A stretch of DNA of 64,000 bases from contig CM126202.1 of NCBI GenBank assembly GCA_052327205.1, forward strand, positions 192,014,001-192,078,000. The letters run 5' to 3'. The notes under the pieces are model-generated. The model did not search any database, was not told the DNA's origin, and was given only the letters and a program-made list of their open reading frames with translations. The DNA comes from Somniosus microcephalus (lineage: Eukaryota). Every line of letters starts with the position of its first letter. Position 1 is the stretch's first letter. Below, one piece after another: positions 1-9,369 of the stretch. The position numbers and the translations under genes are program-made.

Positions 1-562
1 ATGTATACACTGCACTTAGAAATTTCCAGTTATCACCTGAAGATTGATTCTCAATAAATATTCACTAACAATGTCAAGGTTGTTAATATGTAATTATGAA
101 TGTCAGCGTGCTTTGATGACAAGGCGTGTACTGGAAGTCACATCATGCTGACACCTGTTGTTAGGACAAAATCAAATCCAAAACTGAATAAACCACTTGA
201 GAAACAATATATTATAAATAATTAAAACTCTTGCATCTAGAGTATTTCCATTGCTTCACACTTTTCATGTTCCATATTGTAGGGCATTAAACCACAGGAT
301 GTCACACAGTGGAGGGCAAGCATAGGTGATTGACTTAAATGAGGACTTAACTGTTGTTACCAATCAAATATTTGATTTGACTAACTGTGAACAAATCAAA
401 AGCAGTTTGATTCAATCAGTAACTACTTGTAAGAAATGAGTAAGCTAGCAGAAAACTGAGCAATCAGATCATTCCATTTTTTAAACTGCCAATCAAATTA
501 CTCAAATAATTTTGTTAAGTTAGTTTGACCCACTAGGTTGATTATTTTTTACCTACTTGTCA

Positions 563-793
563 CCAGAAGGTTGTGATTCAAATTCCACTCCAGAGACTTG
601 AGCACATAGACTAGGTTGTCACTTTAGTACAGTACTGAAGGGAGTGCTGCATTATCGTGGATGCCGGCTCTCAGTTGAGATGTTAAACCGAAGGCTGTTC
701 GTCCTCTCAGGTGGATGTGATACATCCCATGGCACTATTTGAAGAAGGGCAGGAGTGTTCTCCTGGTGTCTTGGCCGATTTATATCCCTGAAT
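563..793 (+). mobile_element. DeuSINE-type (shark SacSINE1-like) SINE fragment
   Basis: B-box-like 'gattcaaattcc' followed by Deu-domain-like text 'gagatgttaaaccgaagg...ctctcaggtggatg...tcccatggcactatttgaagaag...gttctcctggtgtcttggcc'. Recognised from memory of the family. Confidence 0.75.
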
Positions 794-924
794 AAGCTTT
801 TGTGCCAGTTGTTTAGTTTAGTTTTTCTGCAGCTCTATTACAGCCATCAATAGATTTAACAATGAAAATCTCCAATGTGAGATACATGGGACTAGGACTG
901 CTGCTCATGTGGAAGATATGTCCA

Positions 925-977
925 CCAGCACAGAATGGTTGGGCTAAATGACCTGTTTCCATGTAATTCTATGTACT
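925..977 (+). mobile_element. CR1-type LINE 3' tail remnant
   Basis: 'gcacagaatggttgggctaaatgacctgtttccatgtaattctatg' resembles the CR1 3' stem-loop and 'attctatg' terminal repeat. Confidence 0.5.
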
Positions 978-1076
978 GAGAAGAAGTGAAGGACCACCAA
1001 AGGGATGACATGTGGGTCAGGGTGCATGAGAGATGCTCTGTGCCCACTGCCGGTAACCCTAACCCGTTTCTGCATA

Positions 1077-1115
1077 CAAATCTGGCTAGACCTTGCAAAT
1101 CTGGCTAGACCTTGC
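1077..1115. repeat. 19-bp perfect tandem duplication
   Basis: 'caaatctggctagaccttg' occurs twice in tandem (1077-1095, 1096-1114). Confidence 0.9.
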
Positions 1116-2689
1116 TTTGGCACATGATTAGTGCATGCAGAGGCTCCAACTCCCAAGGTATGTTGTGACAGCAGTACAATGGCACAGATATATGTGAAAG
1201 TCTAACTAATCGTTATGCTGGGAAAAGATCACAATCAGAGCCTGTCATGAGAAGGCATACCAGGGTGATCAACAGCCAGCATAGCCTGATTGGCCACAAC
1301 TGCTAACATACCACCAACTGTATTTGCAGGTATTGTTGCACCCACCTGGGAATGGCTGTGGGGAGCATCTTCACAGCGTCTAAGTCAGAAGAGCCACGTG
1401 CTGTTTCGTATGCTATAACGAAACTTGCTGCTAACATACAACATAAGGCTGGCACAGCAAGTGAGAGAACCAGTCAGTGGTGACCTTTAGCCTGTGTATG
1501 GGGCTTTCTTTTCCTTCATTTTTTCCTGTCGCTTCTTATTCCCCTACCCCATCAGCTTTAACTTATTTAAAATAATCTTGTACACATTCCTATGTTGACA
1601 CACAGGACTAAAATACTAGCATTAAGATTAAAATTCGATTAAAGTTCGAAAGACTGAAACTATACAGCAGATCCATTAGTGATGATTCTTAATAAATTGA
1701 ATGGGAAATGGCATCCTCCCTAGTCCCGAATGTCAATCCTGGTATTCCAATGTTAATAAAAAGTTCAGTGGCAGCTGAGACTTGAGCCAGCACCAAACTT
1801 CAAAAACTGGGATGGAACAAAGCATTCTTCATCTTTCTCCTACATAAACAGATACCTGCACTCCCTACGACATCAGGAATCTGTGGTATTCTTTTTTCAA
1901 TGCTTCAGCTGAGTCAGTAATTATTGCACAAGATGACAGTCTGTTCTACATCCAAATGATTCTAAGCATGAAAAAAATCCTTAAATTATGCTTAGCACAC
2001 AGTGCCTTTAACTTATAATTATGTCTCCTATTTTTGCAGAAACATATCTCTCATTATTTTAAGATTCTTGTTTTCTTTCAGAGACAGTTCACTAGACTGG
2101 TACATTGGGGCTTCAAGTCTATACAATGTGCATGTATTTATATTTATTCTAACAGGGTTGTGTAACATAACAATGCTGATTTATTTCTAAGCATAGATCA
2201 AACTTTACACTATAACTTGAGTGACATTAAATGTCATGAATAATGACTTGTATTGCATCGTCATAACTGTATAACGACTGGAAGATAACCTTAAAGCACC
2301 AGTGCCAGTGTTACTTCACCTTAGCAGTATAATAATGTAAAAAGAGAGTAAGGGTGGAAAAATAGTTCATTTTTCTGTATACGAGTCCTTTACGTATATG
2401 TATGTATGTTTTATATTCCTTTACTAATGTGTATGAATGTATGTTTTTAATTATGATTTTCCAATAAGTTACTTTCTCTGAAAGTCATAATTAAATAATA
2501 CATTCATACACATAAATAAAGGAATATATACATAACACGCAAAGGAATATATACAGACATACATACTTTCAGAAGCTCCACGATAAGAAATATCTTCCTC
2601 CGCAGCCTGTGGAGCAACTGTACCCATGCTTTTTTCATGTGTAAGTTGTAATGACTGGACCTCACTGAAAGCATTAATGAAAGCGGCGA

Positions 2690-2873
2690 ATTATACTGCG
2701 CACGCGCTGCCTGTGCAGTCACACGCGTTCTGCCTCTGAACCCCTTCGTTCAGAGGACAGGAAATGCCGGTTTTCCCCACATGCACTGTGAATGCTGAAA
2801 ACCGGCATTTCATCCGGCCAGATGCGTAAGTACCCTGACCGTACTAGCGCATTTGGAAGGGAATTACTGGGCC
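2690..2873. mobile_element. Terminal fragment of a Harbinger-type non-autonomous element
   Basis: Aligns by eye to 25990-26169 ('tctgaacccctt.gttcagagga..ggaaatgccggttt'). Ends in a TIR-like 'gaattactgggcc'. Confidence 0.7.
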
Positions 2874-2971
2874 AACATTTTACATGTCAATAAAATAAAA
2901 AATTTAACAATTGCACGACTTGCCCCCTCGCATCTGCGACTGAGGGCCCAAGGAGGTGCATTGCGCAAGAG

Positions 2972-3749
2972 GTCATCATCGTACGTATCCTCACACTGTT
3001 CCCTTTGGGGAACTGTATGAAGTGGTGGAAGGATTTATGGCCGTGATTAACGCTCATTCCGTGACCGTAACCATCTTTGAACCAGCCATTAGGGTGGTTA
3101 GTCCTATGGCGGGAGGGTTTTACGGGCTCCCACAACCCATCTGAGGGGGGGGGGGGGCCACCAACACCCACGGACGCAAGTATCCCGCTGGATGTCCACC
3201 CAGAATTTAAAGTTGGAACTCCGACTCCACTTGCCGGGACTGTCTGGAGTGGGGTTCAAAACCCTACTCCTTCTGGCCCAGCGGCGGGGATGCTTACTGC
3301 TACGCAAAAGGCCCACTCCGCACAAAAGGTGACACCCATACGTTTCCTGCGCCTTTTCCCTCCCCGTGACTGGAGCCCTATGCTGCCATTTCACGTTGCT
3401 AATTGGATTGGGCCTTTGTCATAGCGGTAGGATCCCCGCCGCTGGGCCAGATCAGGGTAGGGTTTCGAACCCCGCTCCAGACAGTCCCGGCAAGTGGAGT
3501 CGGAGCTCCGGCTCTAAATTCTGGGTTGACATCCAGTGGGATATTTGCGTCCGTGGGTGTGGGTGGCCCCCCCTCCTTGTATAGCTTGTGGGAGCCCGTA
3601 AAACCCTCCCACCATAGGACTAACCGCCCTAATGGCTGGTTCAAAGATGGTTACGGTCACGGAATGAGCATTAATCATGGCCATAAATCCTTCCACCACT
3701 TCATACAGTTCCCCAAAGGGAATAGTGTGAAGACACGTATGACGACGAC
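2972..3749. repeat. Long fold-back (inverted repeat) element: ~345-bp arms, ~85-bp spacer
   Basis: 2972-~3319 is the reverse complement of ~3405-3749, differing mostly by transitions. The mirrored ORFs 2887..3171(-)/3403..3765(+) and 3077..3424(+)/3399..3644(-) confirm the symmetry. Confidence 0.95.
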
Positions 3750-3754
3750 ATTGC

Positions 3755-4199
3755 TAAATAAATAAATGGAATTTAAAAAATTCTTTTAGGGCTTTTAAAA
3801 GTCTTTAAATTGCTTTAATTCTCTTTAAAACTACTTCAGATTACTCAAAATAATGTAAAAATTTTAAAAAGTTTATAAAAGTTACCAAAATCTTCAAAAA
3901 ACTTCCAAAAACCTATTTAAACTGCTGCTTTGCATGTAAAAATCCTTAGCAGCTTGACAGAAACATTGGGGGCGTGTCCAGTGAAACTGAGACCTCAAGG
4001 GGCGTGTCTCACTTACACTGCACGCTCCTGGCTTCGCGCTGGCTGCACTCCTGGGCGGCGTGACGTCATACGCTGCCCGGGAATGTGCTTTCTATTTCTG
4101 CAAGTTCAGGCGTCCCAGAAGCTGATCGGCACGAGCACGGGGTAAGTGCAAATACGGGGCTTGCACGCGCTGCAAGCCCCGTTCTGGAATTTCTGGGCC
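3755..4199. mobile_element. Partial Harbinger-type MITE (one end)
   Basis: AT-rich interior, then 'ggtaagtg...ggggcttgcacgcgctgcaagcccc...gaatttctgggcc', homologous to the reverse complement of 25432-25520. Confidence 0.7.
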
Positions 4200-4657
4200 A
4201 ATGAATCAATGTTACCCATTTTTGACAAATAAACTTTCGAACTCTTGGGCTTAGAAATTCAAGGGTTTAGCCCCGGCCGTTAAGGCCCATTTTGATGAAA
4301 AAATGGCAGCCGACTCGCTTCCGCCCGATTCCGGCAGGTCCCACAGCGGCCGCCTATTTGGCGCACAATCTGCCATTTTCGACGTCGCTGCTTCTTTTAA
4401 CGCCCTCTCCTAATCACGACCAGCTGACCAAGTGTTCAGAAGCAGGAAGGAGCCCCCAGCAGCGCTATTTAATGGGGTCATCAACAACTTGCAGCTGACT
4501 TGCTATTTCAGTTTTGCTGCCTCTGTCTAAGTTTATGCAACTGTTTGGAGCTTTCTAAAGTTGTTTAAAGTTGCTGAGGTCACAGGGAGTGTTGCTGCAA
4601 GTGGAGAATGCCTTGCTTTTCATTTAAAGGCTTCTGCTCACACCACTTGCTCACAGT

Positions 4658-5469
4658 CATGGGGGCTCTACTTGTAGTGCTCCTTGCACACGAGAATGAT
4701 AGGGAGATGGAACAGATGCAGCGAAGAAGAGGATAAGATGCTCGCAGAGGTGGAAGGGCAGGAGGACTCTCAGCAGGAGGCCTCACCCACCTAGGATCTT
4801 CCGAGAGCACTTCTCCTACCTGCATTTAAGCCAGGAGCAGTGTATTAGGAGGCTCCGCATCACCAAGGAGGTGGTCGCAGAACTCACGTGGCTTTGCGGG
4901 CACCGTATACCAATCAAGAGATGTTCAGTAACCGCAAAGGCTGCCACTCACTTAATGTATAGTTGTGCGAGCAGGCCCAGCGCATCATGATGGTGAATGC
5001 CCGGTACCCTGGCAGCAGTCATGATGCCTTCATCCTGCGCCGGTCTGGTGTCTCAGCAATCTTCCAGCTATCGCGTCAAACCTGAGGGTAGCTGCTCGGA
5101 GATAAGGGCTAGCCGCTATGCACCTGGCTGATGATTCCCCTCCGCAACCCCACCACTCGTGGCCTGCACTCATATAATGACAGCCATGCTGCCACGAGGA
5201 ACATCATCGAGCAAACCATTGGGGTGCTCAAGCAATGGTTCCGCTGCCTTCACCGCTTGGGAGGAGCCCTCCAGTACTCGCCGGAGTGGGTGTCCCATTT
5301 CCTGGTGGTCTGCTGCATCCTCCACAACTTGGCCATCATGAGGACGCAGCCCTTGCCACCTGGGCTTCTGGGACCACCTCAGGAGAAGGGCAGGAGGAGG
5401 CAGGCAGCAAATCCCCGTTTCGGATGGCTGTCCATGAGCACCTCGTCAGACGCCGATTCCAGTGAATGA
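4658..5469 (+). pseudogene. Harbinger (HARBI1-like) DDE transposase pseudogene with internal deletion
   Basis: Motifs HVALRAP, NRKGCHSLNV, ARYPGSSHDAFIL, LLGDKG, YNDSHAATRNIIEQTIGVLKQWFRCL, CCILHN. Several stops. The sequence jumps from 'KEVVAEL' directly to 'HVALRAP' at ~4885. Confidence 0.9.
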
Positions 5470-5617
5470 AACCCCAGATCCCTATCATACCATCCCTCTG
5501 TCACGGAACATCACAGCATCCTCCTGGGCACAAAGCTGAAATGAGAGCCACCACAAAACACACATTCCAAACAAAATTCATAAATTTAGCAAATTCAAAT
5601 CAAAAGAACAAAGTCAA

Positions 5618-7463
5618 CTAATCACCCTTAGTGTCTGTCTTTCGTGTGCTTTTTCCTACTCTAGTGCTCCTACGAAGTGCTCCCCCAGCGGCTGCAGCAA
5701 GTCTGGTGGAAGGCTGCTGACTTTCAGTGTTGGAGACTGCAGATGGCCTTGCAAGACAACCTCGAGCAGCTCTGGACCTAAAAGGCCCGGCTGTAGACTG
5801 CACAATCTCGGCATGGGCGGCAGCAGCCTGGGCTGGCAGGCTGGCTGACAGGCAGCAGCAAGGGCACTAGTCGAGTGGCAGTGGCAGAAGTAGGAATGCT
5901 GTCATTCTGAGAGGACAGTAGGTTCTTGCTCCATGGATCCACTTCCACTGTCCCGGGGTGGTGCCTCAGCAGTCCTCGTAATCTGTTCAAGGACAGATTG
6001 CTGGCCTGCTGTGACGCTTTGCAAGCCCCTTTCGATACTCATAAACCCAGCGACGATGGCAGCAGTCTGAGTTTCCACGGCAGCAGTGAGACATTGGGTC
6101 GCTTCCACCTGTGCTGCAATGAAAGTTGCAAGATCGCCCATCACACCCGCCAGCATATTTGGGTCCACAAGGTCTCTCCTGGAAATTATGGGTTCCAAGC
6201 TCTGCGCAAAGCCCCGTGCAATGTTAATGCTGGACTCCTCCATGCTCCTTGACACTGACAGGAGGTTCTCTGGCAGGCTTGCCATTGCACCTAGCATTTC
6301 CGTGTACCTGCCCATCACCCTTTTTCTGAAGGCCGTCCCATCGAGGTCATCATCTGAGTCTTGTGGAGCAGAACTCGTGCACGAACTCCTCCTCCGGGGA
6401 GCTGGCACATGAGCTACCCTTTCCCCCTGACCTGGTTGCAGCCCACTCGTGCCTGCTGACTCACCACGTGCAGATCCTGCCTCTATACTACCCTCTAAAG
6501 TCCACGCAGTGTCATTTTCTGAGCTGGTGTCTGCAAGTGTCATATGCAGTGCCGGTGTCTCTTCTTCTACTCCATCAGTGTCTTCCTCATGTCCAGGGAC
6601 AGGCTGGGCTGCTGGCAGGTCATCGGTATCTGAAAGCAGAAAGGCGCAAGGGTTGAGTTTTGGTGACGGGAGCGGGGGAGAGCAAGATATCCATGCATAC
6701 ACCATCAGCAGCTTGTAAGTGAGAAGAGATTGTGGGATGAGGGGTAAGTGGGATGTGAGAAGAAGGATTAAGTATGATCATACCATCATCACCAGCAATG
6801 CTTTCAACTTTTCTGTTCACCACAGCCCCTCCAATTATTTGAAGCACTGATTCCTCCAGGTCGGTTAGGTTCTCAATCCTTGCATGGCCGCCTCCCGTCT
6901 GCTGTTGCTCGTGCCAGTTGTGCGCCACCTTGACCTGCAAGAGAAAGGGAAGTGTGTCAGTGAGTGTAGTGCAATGTGTTTAGGTGATGTGCCTGTCATG
7001 GTTGAATAGCTGGCAGTGTGTGCAAGGTGTGAGATGTTGGTGTGAGTGTTGCAGCAGTGGTAAGTGTGTGAGGGTGAATTGAAGCTATGATTGTGAGGTA
7101 TGAGTGGTGATAGGTAGAGATTGTTGGTAGATGAGTGATGGGGGCTGTGGTGCAGTGAGCAGTGTGTGAGGCCTGTGGTGCAGATGGTGAGATATGGCAT
7201 TTGCTGAAGCCTTCACTCACCTTGACCAGCCATGTGAGGTCATTAAACTTTTCGCGGCACTGGATCCAGGTCCTGGGTACAACACTCGTCGCTGTGACGG
7301 ATTGCGCTATCTCCTCCCAGATCTTTCTGCTGATTACCTTTGAAGGCCTCTTGCTCCCATGCAGGTAAAGGACATCCCATTGACGTTGGACCCCCAGGAC
7401 CAAGGCCTCCAGTGAGAAACGTCTCAGCCTTTCTCTAGGTATTGAGCCATGGCTTCTTTTCAC
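5618..7463 (-). pseudogene. Harbinger Myb/SANT-like DNA-binding protein gene, 3 exons (~7463-7221, 6934-6784, 6629-5618), frameshifted near the C-terminus
   Basis: Exon 1 'RFSLEALV...WEEIAQSV...RTWIQCREKFNDL' is a Myb/SANT (MSANTD/NAIF1-like) domain. Exon 2 'QQQTGGG...LTDLEE'. GT/AG boundaries in phases 0 and 1. C-terminal 'LRRSTR' lies in a shifted frame. Confidence 0.85.
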
Positions 7464-8210
7464 CTGACAATGAGGTGGTTCTGCAACAATGCACCTCCCT
7501 TAAAGTTTTGGAGAGAGCCTAGGCCAAATTTTGTTGGCCATTAGACTGCACCCAATATTGGTCTCCCCATTGAGTGCTCAGCTAATCAGCAGCGTGTTTA
7601 GCGCTGAGATCAGCACTGCAATCATGTAAATGAGCAGGCAGCACGAATTTTGTATGCACAGGCAAATAGCACTGGGCGGTGCCCTGCCCGTTTTTGAGCC
7701 TTATCCAATTTCTTCATGTATATAACTGTTGTACTAAATGGTTATTGCGTGGTCTTCTGCTTTTTAGTTGTAATGCATGCCTTCATATTACCAATGTGAA
7801 GTTGCATATGCCTACTGTAGCGGTTTGTAAATTGGTATGGGGTGATGGGAAAAGCAATGAATAAATTATCAAGCATTTTTATGGTGACATAGCAACTGAG
7901 TCTGATGTGTTTTATTTGACAACAACAGTTCCATTTTTTTCTGATCAGAAGGAAGGTGTATAAATCTGCCGGTCTGCAACTCCGTTATGCCATGATGATA
8001 TCATGCCGGCTGCAAATAAATGGGATAATTCTGAGTTTGGGCGGACTTTGGGCAGGTGGCGGGAGCAGCACTCATACAGCCTTCCCAAAGTCCTTGCCAA
8101 GAGATCTGAGTCATTTTGAGGGCCAGGCCTCGTTTACCTAGTACCGACAAGCTGGGAGTGCAGAACCAGCTTTCAAAGTGATGCTTTGACACAGTAAATG
8201 CACTTGCACC

Positions 8211-8387
8211 AGAACTTTCAAGGTTGGCGTCGGTGTAAAATGGGCAACACGAGATCAGCTTCCTGTTATGCACCCTGCCCAATTTTACTTTCCTTTGACT
8301 TCAATAGAAAGGAAAATTGGGTGAGGTGTATAACGGCCAATTGAACCGATATAACCTGTTTTACGCCCCGCCAAAGTTGAAAGTTCC
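8211..8387. mobile_element. Palindromic MITE
   Basis: Arms 'gaactttcaa...gtaaaa...cccaatttt' and 'aaaattggg...ttttac...ttgaaagttc' around a central 'ttgacttcaa'. Confidence 0.8.
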
Positions 8388-8601
8388 ACTTGTATTTTTA
8401 ATCAGTCAGAATGGGGGGCATTTTTCGGGGGGCCAGCGGGCGCATTTGGTGGCGGGTCAGGTAGGAAAAAATGTTTTTTTGACAGTGGGTCGGGAACCTG
8501 CTGTCAACCCGCCACCGCACGACTTTCCCAGATGTTGGGTCTGTCAACGCTGAACAGACCCGACACGCAGCAGCGGGGGAGGCAATTTAGGTCATTATGA
8601 C

Positions 8602-8726
8602 AATAGCAAAATACTGCGGATGCTGGAAATCTGACAAAGGGTCACAAGCCTGAAACGTTAAATCTGTTTCTCCCTCCACGGATGCTGCCTGATCTGCTGA
8701 GTGTTTCCAGCATTTCCTGTTGGTGT
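8602..8726. mobile_element. Penelope-like terminal-repeat insertion with 16-bp TSD
   Basis: TSD 'tttaggtcattatgac' at 8586-8601 and 8727-8742. Partly inverted structure ('atgctggaaa'...'tttccagcat'). Degenerate hammerhead core ctgacaa...gaaac. Confidence 0.8.
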
Positions 8727-9369
8727 TTTAGGTCATTATGACCTTGTTAACAGTCACTTAAACTGTATTTTGAGCTCACCTTTAAATTTTACAAGGTCGC
8801 CCACAGGGTCTACGCTGCTCGGAGATCACGTCAGGTAAGCAGGTCGGGAGTTGTGTTACCATGAAATCATCTCTACTTGATAGCTGCAATTGTGCTATAA
8901 AAGCTTCCATCTCACAGCTGTTCACTTTCCAAGCTCAGAAGCTGTTGCTTCCTGCATTTGGAAGACAGATCGAGCTTTATGCAGGTTGCAAGTGTTTGGA
9001 GTAAACTCTCTGGCCTAGAAATTGGGTATAGCCCCGCTTGAGGCATTAGAACTGGCGCTGCGCAAAGTTTATAGCCAGATGAAACTTATCGCTGCCTGGC
9101 GAGATATTGGGTTGCATCGCCCCCAAAGGGGATTGAGGTGCTAACTCAGACGTTGCACGGGGCTCCTAAGGCGCAAAAGTTCAGGCGCTACCCAATATTG
9201 TCGCGGACGGGCGCAGCGCAGGTGATCTCAATTACCGGAAACCACGAGACTTCCAGGCGCCGGCCGGCTCTTAAAGGGGTGGGTCAGTCAACCTGAACTG
9301 CTACACTCAACGCCCGGTAGGCCTCAGAATCGGCGCTCGCCCTTCTCTGGCGCAAGAAACTTGGTGAGG

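Larger units (their letters stand above)
4247..7713. mobile_element. Decayed PIF/Harbinger DNA transposon (element 1) with convergent transposase and Myb/SANT genes
   Basis: Left TIR 'gggcttagaaatt' at 4247; degenerate right end 'ccaatttct' near 7705-7713. Two convergent genes, the arrangement typical of Harbinger. Confidence 0.85.

Noticed and set aside
1150-1500. Coding-looking stretch (possible old retroelement or exon)
   Set aside because: No long open frame in the track and no motif I could recognise.
2972-3749. Endogenous deltavirus/viroid/Obelisk genome as the explanation for the rod structure
   Set aside because: The arms are near-perfect complements rather than partially paired. 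No antigen/Oblin-like ORF and no intact hammerhead or HDV ribozyme core were found by eye. Not fully excluded without a covariance-model scan.
2887-3765. ORFs of 60-120 aa inside the fold-back element
   Set aside because: They mirror each other because of the inverted repeat, have no recognisable domain, and break at the poly-G/C tracts.
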